Positions 9,030 to 22,690 are shown, numbered from the stretch's first letter. The stretch: DNA of 64,000 nucleotides from Geosiphon pyriformis uo1 (GCA_016748015.1 JAAOMT010000009.1:16456-80455), one strand, 5' to 3'. The notes: generated by a model not told the origin, from the sequence alone. A program made the numbers and translations.

Positions 9030-11400
9030 AAAACCTCTATAATTAAATAAACAAGAGAATTATTGTCAATCCTCTCTTTTCCTAATGAATGCTAAAGACT
9101 GATAGGATCAACTTGAAACTAACTTCCAAGATACTTGGATCCTGATTGATCTTTTGCAAATTCTGAAGATATTCATGGAAGTGGGTTAAATCGACATTTT
9201 TTTACTTCTAATTTTAGCAAAATCCCCCCCATTCCAGGGTATCCAGTTATTCTTATTGTTAGAAAGGGATTTCATTTGTTCATTTAAGAATGACTCTCCT
9301 ACGGTTTGAGCAATATCATCATACCACCTTTTAACATGAGAGTTATTTTTTGATATCTAAAAATTCGTTCTGGCTTTATAACCTGATCAGAAGGAAGATG
9401 AAGTTGTAGGTTGTAGAGCACAAAAGTACTTGATCTTATTTAAAAAAAGTTTGCAAAAAAGGGTTGTATCAATAGCTCAAAGTAAACTTTTTGAAACATG
9501 GATGAGAATAAGTTCTAATTGCCAAGTTAGGGAGTTTAGAATCAAGGGTTATTTATAAACAAATTTAAATTAAGAAAGCCTAATCATTTTTGGAAAACAA
9601 AAGCTTTTATTTTTAGTGCCTCTAAATCTTAAAATTCATTTATTCTATTAAAAAAATATTTGAGCTTTGTCTATCAAATTTTTTATTAGAAGGTAAATTC
9701 TAAAAGGGAATTACTTTATTAGATTCATGCTAAGAAAATGCAAAAATATTCATCATCATCAAGCCTTAAGATTTCTTGATAAAGAAAATATAAGGTAAGA
9801 TTGTCTTATAAAAAATGAAAATTACAAATATCACAGATAATAAACTAGATATTTCACCAGAATTTTAGCTATATTTATTTGTTAAATTAAGAATCACATC
9901 TAAGAAATCTTTAATCTACTTTTTTATCATAATCAATTCAATATTACCTAATTAAAGCATTGATTTTATCATTAAACAATTTCAAATTTCTTTCAAGCTT
10001 AGACATACAAAAGACCAAAACTCCAAAAACTGAAAAAAAAGACAAAACCCCAAAAAAAGAACAAAACCAGAACTGACATTATTAATATTTTTACCAACCA
10101 CTTAAATTCAAAATTTTGTACCAAATACAATTGGACAATTAATAAAGATGCAACTTGACATTATTTAACAAATATTTTTTGAACCAAAAAAACACACAAG
10201 CAAAATTATATTTTATAAGAGTAAAATTAAAATATATTCAAATTATATACTTGGAAAGATTAAGTCTAGCAATAATTAAGTTTTTCAAAATTGGCACAGA
10301 TTTTGATTGACAACACAAGTTTTTTTGCTTATAAAATCCAAAATATTATTAAAATTATAAACATTAGTGTTTATTGACAATGTGTATAACAAAGCAAAAT
10401 ATATATTTCACTTTACCAGAAATTTTTTGTCTATATTTGCCTTGACAATATGTACAGTCTTTTTTCTGATTAAAATATATCACAATAAAGAATCATAATT
10501 AGTTTGATTTAATTTAGCAAACTTAACTACAGTTTTTTGCCAAAAACCAATCAACTGCAATTTAATTAACTTAATTTTATCAAATCCAAAAAGCAGAACA
10601 ATTACAGCCAAACTTAATTCAGAAGTAAAACATTAATTTGATAATTCTCTAAAATTTCGAATAAAACAAACCAACCATTTAAAATCGAACATGCTGAAAA
10701 GATTGCTCAAGAAATAACGATCTCCTAAAACCAATCACTAATAAGAACATTTTTTTACTATTTGCAATTTTTCTTGAGAAGATTTCTTTTACAACTGATA
10801 AATTGATATTCAGAACAAAAAATTTGCTAATAGAAAACAAAAGTTTTTCTTTGAGTAAAGAGAAAAGCTGGCAAAAAAACTGTTTTCAATGGAAAAAAAG
10901 CAATTTTAATGTCATCTCTTTATTATTATTATTATTATTATTAGACGCATTGAAATTTGGCTTCTGAAGGAAATCTATTACCACATTTTTAACAGAATTT
11001 GTTTTGGGTATTGCATCTATAAAACTATCTTGAGAGATCTCTTTCATCTTCTCATTATTAATCTCAGTTATCTTACTTTTACTTGCACTACTGAGTTTAT
11101 TTCCAAATCTCAACCATCCATTTGAAGAACCACTAATATTACCAAAGGTTTTTATATTTTTTCTTGGTACCAACTTTCTGCTTGGGGCCCATGATGTTTC
11201 TGCTGATATTAGAACCAGAACTTTTCCAAATCCTATTCTTAGTTATATTCTTGGGAAAGCTATTTAGAGCGGCCAGTTTTTAAATGAAGGAGTTTTCTGA
11301 CTCTATAGTATAAGAATGTAAAATTGGGTAAATGAAAAAACTCTTTCAAAAATTTTTTTCTCTTTTTTGGATTTTTGGAATAAACGAGAGAAAGAGTTTT
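9030..11400 (-). mobile_element. Highly eroded non-LTR retrotransposon (LINE) relic, ORF1 region and probable start of ORF2
   Basis: The minus strand retains ALLYTLSINTNVYNFNNILDFISKKTCVVNQN (~10305-10400) and PIVFGTKF*I*VVG (~10095-10135), resembling ORF1 of glomeromycotan LINEs as I recall them. Many stops; boundaries approximate. Confidence 0.5.
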
Positions 11401-13252
11401 TTTATAATTATTTCCAATATTCAAATTATATTAAAATAATATTTAAATAAAAAATAACTTATAATTAATTAAGACAAAATATACCGAGTTTTATTGTTTT
11501 GAGTTTTTATAACAATGATTTTATTGATCATATAAAATATATTTTCAACATATATATATATATATATATTTATTTTAATATTTAAAATTTAAAAATATTT
11601 GTCGAAAAATTTTTGGTTTAAATTTAAAATTGGCCCAAGCTTAATGAAAGAAATTAAGAAAGCATAAATATTGTTAGTATATTTGATGAGTGAAATTATA
11701 AAAATTCCAAACAAATTGGAATTTTGGTTTTTAGATTACAAAATTTTAAAAATATTTGTGCATTATATTATCCATTAATTTCTTAATAATGCTAAGAATT
11801 TTTTTTATTTTATTTTTTCAACCTAATTATGAATTTTATAAATTTTATTTAAATTAGAATATTTTGAAATTTCAAGTTATTGTATCAAATAAAGAATTTT
11901 GGCTTAAAATTGTTCGCTAATCAATTAAATAAAATTTTTTATATATAAAAACTGCAAAATGTTTCTCTCCTTGTGGCAATAATTTTTACCTTGAAAATTG
12001 GACACCTAATTTTAGACCAAATTGTAATAGTTATTGACAAGAAATTATTCGCTTAGAATTTCAAATTATTAGAAATAAAAATTTACAAGCTAGATTTTTC
12101 TTAGGTAAGCCTCTTAAATATTACATACAGCTTTTTATTTTTAACAATTAATTAAGAGAGCACAATGTAATTTCAATAAAAACTTTGTTTAATAGAGGAT
12201 CGTATTAATTATGGTGACAGAAGTAAATAGGAATTCTTTTTAATTTCAAGTTTCCCACAAATATTTTGGTGAAATTTTATTTACTATGATCACACTAATT
12301 GCATACTGCTAGATTAAATGCGACCAATGGATATTATTATTTCATAATAACTTTTCATAAAATGTCCTCACATAAAATATTTTCAGTCTCATGCAAAATA
12401 ACCTCGATTATAATTAATAAATTACCAAAACAGAAAAAAAGGTATACAAAAATAAGATTAAAAATAAATTTTTTAAAGTAATTATGAAAATCAAATTGTT
12501 CATTCAATATTAATATCTGTAAATAATTTAATAAAAATTATTAATAATTAATATGTATTTAATTTAATATTTAATTTAATATTTAACAAGTTTAATATGA
12601 TTAATTTTATTTTAAAATCAATTTAATCTTACAATTAATTTTTATTTTGAATTTAAAGTTTTAATATTTGAATACAAATTTTTAAGTTAAAATTGATCTT
12701 TTTTAATTTTTTAATCTATAGAAATCTGTAATCAATATTTTAATTAGAATCTATGTGTGCAAATAATAATTTGAATCTACAGAAAATATTAAACCAATAA
12801 AATTTAAACTTTTTGATTTGAAACTATTTTTCTTGAATTTTGAGCTCTTTAATTACATGAAATTCTTAAAATAAATAATTACATTACTTTAATTCGTCAA
12901 AGCTTAATGCTCAGAATTTTAATTTCTAATTTCCTGATCCAAAACTCGCAGACTCCAGTCATAAAGTTTCAAAAATAGGTTACACAAGTAATCGATGGTA
13001 ATATTCCAAGTTTATGTGACTCCAAAACCGCAGCACCGATATGGGAATGAATGGAAATAGTTTACGGAAATTAACAAAACTCTTATTTTCCAGGTTTGGT
13101 GAGTGAAGGATTTGTTTTTTTTTTTCATGCATTGGATCCAAATCTCCTTTTACAAAAATAATTTACATAGCACGACAGTTGTAATATCACATTTAACAAT
13201 TAACACAATAAAAAATCAGTCTTTAGGATGAATTAATTAGTATCAATCAATA

Positions 13253-13816
13253 CAGTGCGCCGCAAAAATATCCAACCCCTAATTACACTTTGTAGAACAA
13301 ACTTGAGATCGCTGAGATTTTCCGAAGACAAAGAATTGATGCCTTTTATAGATTGATAGATTTTCTATATCAGTTATTTTATGATCATCAAAGTTCTATG
13401 TCGCAAAAATGTCTCTTCCACAAGCGATACGAAATTCTTTTGTTAAATAAACATCCCCAAAGCCCCAAAACTTGGACTTGCAGCCACAGCAAAGTACATT
13501 CATTCTAGTAAGTTTAAAACACTTCGCTGGGTGAAAAGGTGGGGAGGAAATAAAAGACCTAAATGATCAACCAAAATCCGGCCGAAATCAAATCACGACC
13601 TCGAAACAAGAAATTCATCTAACCGCCACTATTCAACGACGTTTACCTGAAGGTATATGGCTAAACTTTCCAAACCTTTTACTCACTAACAAACATAAAA
13701 AAAAAAACCGTTCAGATTGGGCTAAAAATTTTAACTGGGATTAAGTAAATTAGTATGAGAGTATATTGTAAACTTTCAAATAAAATAAAATAAATTCATT
13801 TTTTTGCGGCGAACTG
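13253..13816 (+). mobile_element. Non-autonomous Tc1/mariner derivative (564 bp)
   Basis: TA|CAGTGCGCCGCAAAAA ... TTTTTGCGGCGAACTG|TA terminal inverted repeats with TA duplication. Internal transposase trace KPLLTNKHKK...DWAKN. Confidence 0.85.
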
Positions 13817-15186
13817 TAAATGGTATTTTTCAGATCAAAAATGGGTTTTGTTGATCTCAGCTGGCGTTAAAAATTTTTTTTAGCAAGAATTGTATGTTTT
13901 TTGAATTAAATATATTACATAATCATTCTTCCCAGGGCCTTTTGATTTAAAGAAAACATAAAAACACATTTTCAGCGGAATTCTAGTCAATGAGTTTAGA
14001 AACAGCTTTGAATGGCATTCTACTCCGAAACACATGAACATTAAACACCTATGGATAAGTCGAAAAATATTTAATTCATAAATTTTATTATCTGTAAGTA
14101 GTGAGCTAATCTTAAAAACCCTTTGAAATTAATAAGCATAAACTGCAAAAATACCAAAATATTACTAAATTTCCGAGCGACGAAAAATTAATGCAAAAAT
14201 ATTTTAACACAATACGAATAAAATAAATGAATATATGCGTATGTCAAAACCATTGCCATTTCCTTGAATTTCGTCCAATTTTTCAAGATTAAAAGGCCAC
14301 AAGAAAATTATAACTTGGGCTTCGAAAAATCTACTCTAAGATTTACGTGAAAACTAGTTTTGTTAAAGGGAAAAAACGGCTCAGTATGTTCAACAGCTTT
14401 GTATGTATTAGAATCGTTCTAAATGTCTATGAAATTTAAAGCCAAGGATATGATAATTAAAATAACAATATGATTTCGAAAGAGAAAAAATAAAGAATAT
14501 TGATATTTGACAAAATGAAATCTTGAAAAGTTGGGAATGCACATATTATGCGTGTGCGAGGATAAAAACGGGTTGAGAAAAAATTACATTGTCCACATGC
14601 AATAAAAACAAGTTTCCCCAGAATTTGATATCCAAAAAAAAGAGAAATCACGAAAATTTTTATTAAACAAAAAAGGGAATACTGTTGTTCAATTTTCCAA
14701 AGAATGGCAAAAAGTACATAAAAGTAAAGACAGTATGCTATTTAAAGAAATAGAAGCGAAATGATGATACTTTGAAACAGAACCAAAAAAAATGAAAAAC
14801 AGAACCCTGATGCGATAAGAATAGTTAAGGAAATGGAATCTCAAGGAAAAAATTACTAAATAAAAAAAGGTTCAAAAAAGTATTATAAACCAATCCTTAA
14901 GATTAAAAACAGAACAGTGAAGAGAAAAAATAAAAGAATGATGAAAATTTAAGAAGCCAAACTCAAAGAATGCAAAGTCCAAAAGCCCTACAATTCATAT
15001 ACCCCGTACAACAGGGTAGAAAATGGAATAAAGAATTTAGAAAATACAAAAAAATAATTTTTTCTTATTATTATAGCTTAAAGATTTAAATGCATGAACA
15101 TAGCATGCATAGGATTGCAAACTTCGAAATATACGGATGATGTGGTTATGGAAAAGCATTTATATTACTAAAATTTATTTCTAAAT

Positions 15187-16401
15187 TTAGTAAAGGGAAA
15201 AAGAAGAGTTTTTATGATTATTTGTGATATTTTTTACACATGGGCATAAATTACGAAGATTTCTTTTTAAATTAGGATGGACACATTGAAAATTCTCTTT
15301 TGATGTGGAAGAATGCGGATTCGTTGACTTTGGACTTGATATGTTTTCTAATAATTGGGAAAAGGAAGGTAATGGTTGGTTGGAACATGTAAAATATTCT
15401 TTGGATGGTGATGCTACCAAAGAAATGGGTGATGTTGGCAACGATATGTCCGATTTATTAGTGATCGATTGAATTGACATTAGATTTCTTGGAGGATTTG
15501 AACTGGTTGTTGATGAGTTGTGAATTTGTAGAGGTGAAGGCTTTAAGGATGAACGACGTGGATGTTGATATTCTTCAATATCTATGATGATGGTTTGGGG
15601 TGGTTTTTGTTCTTTGGCTTCTTCTTGTGTTAGCTGATAATTTTCATTTGATAATACAACTGTTGAATTATGGGAATTTTTACTGATTGCCTGAACGTGG
15701 GTCATTCGGAGCAATCGTGTTCGATACTTGTTACTGTTTTTAAACTCATTACGCTTTCTTAAAGCAAATGCCGAGGTTTTTCTTTGAGTGACCTTTTCAC
15801 CATTGGTGAGGGTTGGAAGCCATAGAAGAGGCATTGGAGGTTCAACCCGTTCACTTGTAACTTTTCCGATGAATTCTGAAATAAGTTCATCAACTTTTGA
15901 AAAATTGACATGACGAAAAGCACATCTTTGAGTTGTTGAGTTGGAAGTTTTCGTTTGATCATTATTTTTAACAGTTTCCAAATCATCAATTAAAATTAAG
16001 AGATTTTTATAAACACGACGTATCAAAGCATTTTCGCTGGATCTATTTCGTATACATGCTTCTTCTCCGGAGAGCATGGAACGAATGGTTTCAAGAGGAT
16101 TATTGGTATTTGCTAGTTGATTACCAAAATTGAATATTCCACAAGTATCATGTCGACGATAAAATTCGGAACTGGAATGATCATTATTGAGTGATTGGAG
16201 TCGATCAACTTCACGATTTACAATCAAGAAAATATCTTGATCAGAGATTCCGTTATTGCTGAAACAATGAATTTGTAAACGATAAAGGATTCTAGAACAG
16301 CTCAAGACCATTGGGTAATCATAACGATGACGTGGAAATTGCGAGAGATCGATTAAAAGCTTTGTTTCGCGACGGGTAAGTTCGCTTGCGACTTTTGGCA
16401 T
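15187..16401 (-). CDS. Hypothetical protein (404 aa), possible transcriptional regulator
   Basis: Long intronless ORF with a helical N-terminal half and an S/P/T-rich tail carrying MSIQSIT and LPSFSQLL short motifs often seen in fungal transcription factors. No named domain recognised. Confidence 0.7.
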   Translation of the reverse strand: MPKVASELTRRETKLLIDLSQFPRHRYDYPMVLSCSRILYRLQIHCFSNNGISDQDIFLIVNREVDRLQSLNNDHSSSEFYRRHDTCGIFNFGNQLANTNNPLETIRSMLSGEEACIRNRSSENALIRRVYKNLLILIDDLETVKNNDQTKTSNSTTQRCAFRHVNFSKVDELISEFIGKVTSERVEPPMPLLWLPTLTNGEKVTQRKTSAFALRKRNEFKNSNKYRTRLLRMTHVQAISKNSHNSTVVLSNENYQLTQEEAKEQKPPQTIIIDIEEYQHPRRSSLKPSPLQIHNSSTTSSNPPRNLMSIQSITNKSDISLPTSPISLVASPSKEYFTCSNQPLPSFSQLLENISSPKSTNPHSSTSKENFQCVHPNLKRNLRNLCPCVKNITNNHKNSSFSLY

Positions 16402-16422
16402 TTTTTTTTTTCAGAATAAATT

Positions 16423-16425
<3 letters not shown>

Positions 16426-16462
<37 letters not shown>
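16426..16462. repeat. (GA)n microsatellite in the 5' region of the 404-aa gene
   Basis: Perfect GA run about 25 nt upstream of the ATG. Confidence 0.95.
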
Positions 16463-16465
<3 letters not shown>

Positions 16466-19106
16466 GTGACTGGAAAATTTGAAAGATAGAAAAACCGGTG
16501 AAATTTTAAACTTTATTTTATCAGATTCTAACCGTTGAAAATTAAGAAAAATGAAGTCTTAATAATTTTTATTTTAGATATGCTTTATCAAAAAGTTTCA
16601 AAGGTATCTGAAAGGAAAGTTCATGAAAGAAATAAAATTTTTGGGTATCGGAAACCAAAAGAGATTATGGCGAAAACTCTCGATTTATATTTCTAAAATT
16701 TCTAAATATTTTAAATTGAGAATGAATTTAAAAATTTTGTTTTTGACTCATTATTCCCATTGTCCTCCCAATAAATTTTTGTGATCAAACACTACTTATA
16801 AAAAATTTTAAATTGGGCATTCATTTACTTTAAAGTATTAGGATGGTTATTTAAATGCTTAATATTAAAGAATTTTTAGTTCCATATACATTTGTATATA
16901 TATATTAAAACAATTTTAAAGTTAGTTTTTTTGTTGAAATAAGCTTTCAGGGTTTTATTCAATCAAAAACATGAAGCAATTGAATTTTGAATTTGGACTT
17001 TGTCAGAAGTCTGGAATGTTTGAGAACGATATGAAAATGTGTTTTTGTGATCTACTAAGGATATAATGGAAATACAATGGTCTTGAATTAATGTTGAAGG
17101 GAAGTAATTCCAAAAATTTTTAATGAAACACAAACCATTCGAAAAATAGAAGCTGCCAGATTTGCTTTTTAATTGAACTATAGTCTTTATCACGAACGCG
17201 ATATTTACAATGATAGCATCATGACATTTTTTTTTTTTTTGCGATAAAAATTCAACAATTAAAATCCAGAATTGAATCAATCAGCTTCCTTTTGAGATAA
17301 TTCCTCAAATTGAGAACGCGTATATGTCATGTCGAAAAAGTAAAATTATCTACCCATGCCAGGTATTTGACTTTCCTTAATTGTGTGTTGTTTTACACAT
17401 GATCACATTATATTTAAAATCTAAGCTTCTTTGAATTATTTTACTTTGAATGCATTCTCGGTCTCATTAAAATTTCGGAATATTCACGAAAAAGGAAAAA
17501 TTTTTGTGTTCAAATTAAATAAACAAAACTTTGTTCCTGAGAGGATTTAAATAAGATTTTTTTTCTCAATATCAATATTTTAAATTAGATGCAAATAAAA
17601 ATTTTCAAATGAGGTCAAATGGCGACTTCACAAATGAAAACTAAAATGTAGATCTTTTATATGAAATTGTTTGTTATTAACTTAAAATGGAAAACAAAAG
17701 AAATTTGCGAAATGTGGCGTAATATATATATACATATTTTTTGTATATATCTCATTATTATTTAGACTAAAGAAGAACTACTGGGTTATAAAATTCATAT
17801 ATATATATATATATATATACATTAAACCATGAAAAGATAATCTATATGCTTATAAATAATTTGAATAAATTAAAATCTTTTGAAGTAAAGAATAAAAAAA
17901 ATTCTCAACTCTCTATTCTGGGACTTTACATTTTAACATAACATTAGATTTATCTTGAATCTACAACGAGTTACTGCATTTTAATTTGTTTATGAATAAT
18001 AAATCGGGTTAGCTAAAAATGTTGGAAGCATTTGTTTTCAACTTATGATTAACCTGAATAACAACTTTCTCTTCTTTTTCTTGTTTTTTACCATTCTTCT
18101 TCAACCATTGGCTCTGAGTTTCATGTTTAACTAAATTTGTTGCTAATAAACAAACAATAAGCCTAGAAAAAATACTCTTTTTTCAATGGTGCTGTTGCTT
18201 AAATTTTTTTTTCATTTAGACTGAACTTTTAGGCACTTGAAAAATAGACCTTTATATTTTTAAATTAAATTTCTTTTTCTTATTCAAAGTCGAAAGTTCA
18301 TATATACATTTTTGAATAATAAAACTATTATTCTAAAAAATACATTCATTCAATATCATCAGTTTACCCATAAGAAATGGATAATCTTCGTTTTTGTCAT
18401 TGCCTTCCAGGGTTTTTGAAGTTTTTTTTTGGGTATAATTTCCCTAGGGCAATTAATGCTAAAGTGAAATTTTCTTAAAGAATTAGGGATAGGAAAAAGT
18501 TTTTTCGGTATAGCTACTACCTAGTTTGCATGACTGCATCCCATTATTACGACGCAGGGATTTTTTATTGGGAGGTTATGATTGATCCAATCATGCAGGA
18601 CACGGACAAAGATTAATTTGATAATTTCCAAGAATGGCATAACAAGAATATACAAAAATTCAATTTTGTTTATAGTACAAAATCTATTTATTTTTTAGAG
18701 CTCGGAACCACCAAGGATCTGTTGGATAAACAGAAATTTTATTTTTTAGTAATATGACTAACTTTAAAATATTCAAAAACCAGTAATTTAAATTTTTGAC
18801 CATTTGTAACACTATGTGACAACGAGTAAACAGTGAATCTTATTTAAATTTATATCACCATTTAGTAGATCTTGAAATAGTTTATTTAATTGTAACCTAG
18901 AAAATTATTCGAATTTTCAGCATGAATACATTTCAATCAAAAAAGTTTACAAAAAAAAAAATTTAATTAATTCTAAATAAGAAATCAGGATTCACACATG
19001 TTTCAGAATCTAAACTGCAATATAAATTCTATATGGAGGTACAATAGTAAAATTTATTCACTCAATCAGTTTTCTCATGGCCTTTTTTTTTTTTTTTTTT
19101 TTTTTT

Positions 19107-19880
19107 NNNNNNNNNNNNNNNNNNNNNNNNNNNNNNNNNNNNNNNNNNNNNNNNNNNNNNNNNNNNNNNNNNNNNNNNNNNNNNNNNNNNNNNNNNNNNN
19201 NNNNNNNNNNNNNNNNNNNNNNNNNNNNNNNNNNNNNNNNNNNNNNNNNNNNNNNNNNNNNNNNNNNNNNNNNNNNNNNNNNNNNNNNNNNNNNNNNNNN
19301 NNNNNNNNNNNNNNNNNNNNNNNNNNNNNNNNNNNNNNNNNNNNNNNNNNNNNNNNNNNNNNNNNNNNNNNNNNNNNNNNNNNNNNNNNNNNNNNNNNNN
19401 NNNNNNNNNNNNNNNNNNNNNNNNNNNNNNNNNNNNNNNNNNNNNNNNNNNNNNNNNNNNNNNNNNNNNNNNNNNNNNNNNNNNNNNNNNNNNNNNNNNN
19501 NNNNNNNNNNNNNNNNNNNNNNNNNNNNNNNNNNNNNNNNNNNNNNNNNNNNNNNNNNNNNNNNNNNNNNNNNNNNNNNNNNNNNNNNNNNNNNNNNNNN
19601 NNNNNNNNNNNNNNNNNNNNNNNNNNNNNNNNNNNNNNNNNNNNNNNNNNNNNNNNNNNNNNNNNNNNNNNNNNNNNNNNNNNNNNNNNNNNNNNNNNNN
19701 NNNNNNNNNNNNNNNNNNNNNNNNNNNNNNNNNNNNNNNNNNNNNNNNNNNNNNNNNNNNNNNNNNNNNNNNNNNNNNNNNNNNNNNNNNNNNNNNNNNN
19801 NNNNNNNNNNNNNNNNNNNNNNNNNNNNNNNNNNNNNNNNNNNNNNNNNNNNNNNNNNNNNNNNNNNNNNNNNNNNNNNN
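19107..19880. other. Assembly gap (774 N) flanked by poly-T (left) and poly-A (right)
   Basis: Run of N. The ORFs 18998-19909 and 19077-19937 are artefacts of it. Confidence 1.
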
Positions 19881-20157
19881 AAAAAAAAAAAAAAAAAAAA
19901 AAAAAATGATGATGATTGTGTTTACAAGAAATTCTGAATTCTGATATTTTAATTTCAGTACAAAAATTTCAACAGAATTGAAATGACAATTATGATTAGT
20001 ATCAAAGTGTATCTCAGTATTCAGTGCGTTTTAGGCAGACGATAGGTTTCAAAAGCTTTTTACTATGCTATTCAAAAGTTTCCAATATTCACAACACATT
20101 TCATAAATATTTTTTGACACTTAAAACTAATTTTTTCTTGCGATATATTTATTAAAT

Positions 20158-21509
20158 TCATAATATCATCATTATAATTGTTGATGCTAGGATCAATGTG
20201 ATCAATGATATTTGAATAGAAGGTTGGCTCGTACTAATCGGTATTGTGACATTATTATCCAAAAAATTATTGAGTGGTCCGTAACCAGCTGGTGGCCATA
20301 CAATCGTGCTATTACCTTTGTAGTAACATGTAATATTTACCCAATCGACATACATCTTGTAGACATGATTCTTGTTGGACCAATTAGTTGGTGAACCAGC
20401 CCATTCTGATGTCTCTCTAACAGTCATTCCACCATCCCATATACTGAATTGAATTCTTTGCGGACCGATTGGATATTGGAAAGTACCATTATTGACTTTT
20501 GTTGAATCTTTTTTTACTGTTCTTATTGGGGTACCATCAATAAACCAGGTGATATGATCAGGTAACCATTCAATAGTGTAGTCATAATATTCTTTAGAGG
20601 CATCTTTCGAAAATTTATGCTTTTTTTGATGTGTGTAATCTATGACACCTTCCCAATAGTAATTTGACTGAACTTCACCAGTAGCAAGGCCAACCCATTC
20701 AAAATCAATTTCATTTATTTCTAAATTTCTAGTCTAAAGAATTGAATAAGTTCAATTAATAAATGCATCAATAGAATTTAAATTAAAAAGTTTACTTACG
20801 ATAAATGAAGAAACGACACCAAGACTTGAAGACCCACTCTTTACACGAGCTGTTACCCAACCGTACTCCATCCATCGTGTTGTTGAAACGGTTGATCCAA
20901 AACCTTGGTAATTACCGATTGAATTCATATTGACCCCATCATACTTCATTGACAACAAAAGTTTTCCATCCTCAATGCTTGCATAGTCAGGCTCAAATTC
21001 TGATGTCCAGTCATACTATACGAATAACATAAATATTAGAGAATCAACTATTTTATTTTTCATTTAATAAAAAACTGTGAATTACGTTCAACTATGATAG
21101 ACTTTGTCCTGCTGATTCTCATACCTTTAATGGATCTCCGGTGAAGTTTTTTGCATTAACAATTTTGGTATTATTAAAAGTTTCATAAAAGTTTACGCAA
21201 TACGCTTTTGGGTAACATGATTTTACAGAGTACGAATTTTCTGGTTCACAATCAGTTGCACATGAACGTGGATCGTTTGAACACCAACCCTTATTACAAC
21301 AAGGTGTTTCGATTGGACAATTTTTTATTCTGTCATAATTTTTGCATGCTGCATCGATGCTATTGAAAAATATTCCCAAAGCTATTGATATTAGGATAAT
21401 CTAATAAGAAAAGAAGAACAGTTGTGAATTTCAATTTTTAAAGTAATCGAGTGAACAAAATTTAACCACAATAAAAAAATCGGTTTTTCGTTTCCTTTCT
21501 TACTTTCAT
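20158..21509 (-). CDS. GH16 Crh/Utr2-like chitin transglycosylase, GPI-anchored (~357 aa, 4 exons)
   Basis: Exons 21509-21504 (ATGAAA), 21400-21125, 21015-20800 and 20733-20158, all GT-AG and phase 0. Signal peptide; Cys-rich chitin-binding-like module (CPIETPCCNKGWCS); GH16 catalytic EIDFE; YTIEW.PDHITWFIDG and QFSIWDGG motifs; hydrophobic C-terminal tail. Confidence 0.9.
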
Positions 21510-22284
21510 GTAAAGTGATTTCATTATTTCTTGTTTAGCAAGTATTTAGAAAATTATATTTCCCATGTGCTACCCTTCATTAGGCGTCATTTTATAACAT
21601 TGATTTCATAGAGTTCGCTAAATAGAGTGTAAAATTTTGTAACATGCCAAGAATTTGTCGAGATTGCTGTATTAAATTTATTTAATCATTTTTAATTTTA
21701 GAATCAACGAAAAAGATGTGATTTATATTTGAATGATAGGTTTAAAACTTATGAAAACCTTTATAGTGGCGTATCAGAAACAGAAAAATTCAAAAAAAAA
21801 TTCAAAAAAAATTTATTCAAGATTTTTCAACAAGCAATTAACAAATTTATTCAAGACTCATATATTTGAAAAAATTTTTTATTAAACTTGACCATTTTTA
21901 AAGTTGATCGATAACGATCGTGCTTTGATGATCTCGATGATTTTTTAAAAAAGGCATTGAAATACTAAAAAAATTTTCAAAAACGGAAAGTGAGTGAAGG
22001 GAAGAACGAAAAATGCTCACCTATAATTTCAATATAATATGCTTAGAATAAAAAAGCTTGTTGAACCAATAAGTACAAACGATTTTCAATGACCGCAAGC
22101 TAAAAAAGATTATAAAACGCATGTACTATAAAAATGTAGTTTTGATAAAGAAAGAGCCGGATTTTTTAAGGCTACATATTTAGATTATGACAATAATCTA
22201 AGAAAACTTTATAATAAATTTAAATAATAAAAATTTATAGTTAGAAGGAAATTGTTCTAAACTCATATTATTTTGGATCTATAC

Positions 22285-22690
22285 TATAAATCACATAGCA
22301 CAAATTCGGTATTCTTTTCCCTAGTGCTCTCAATTAAGACCTCTTCTCTAGGTTTTATGTCAATAATAAATATCCCATCATCCTCTTTCAATGTCTCGCT
22401 TTCGTTAATTTTTACTTGTCCACCAATAGTTGTCACATGAAGATAAAGCTTTCTCGTTTTCTCATCTTCCCCTTGGACGTTATGTAGAATAACTTTATTT
22501 TTATTCTAAATAGAAATCGAAAGTCGTCTTCGAACTGAGATATTTATACTTTGAATGAATGCATTAGTAATCGTATTATAACTCTATTCCTTTTTAAGGA
22601 CGATTTCTCAGCGGAAGATTGTTATTAGCTCATAGTCTTAATAAAACGTGATTTCTAATTTAAGTTTTTTTAACCTAATATTGGACATCA
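22285..22690 (-). pseudogene. Inverted, internally deleted duplicate of the pirin locus (promoter + 3' end)
   Basis: The reverse complement of 22285-22497 aligns by eye with 36698-36912, and that of 22497-22690 with ~35570-35804. Confidence 0.9.

Noticed and set aside
18998-19937. Long ORFs across the N run
   Set aside because: Assembly-gap artefacts.
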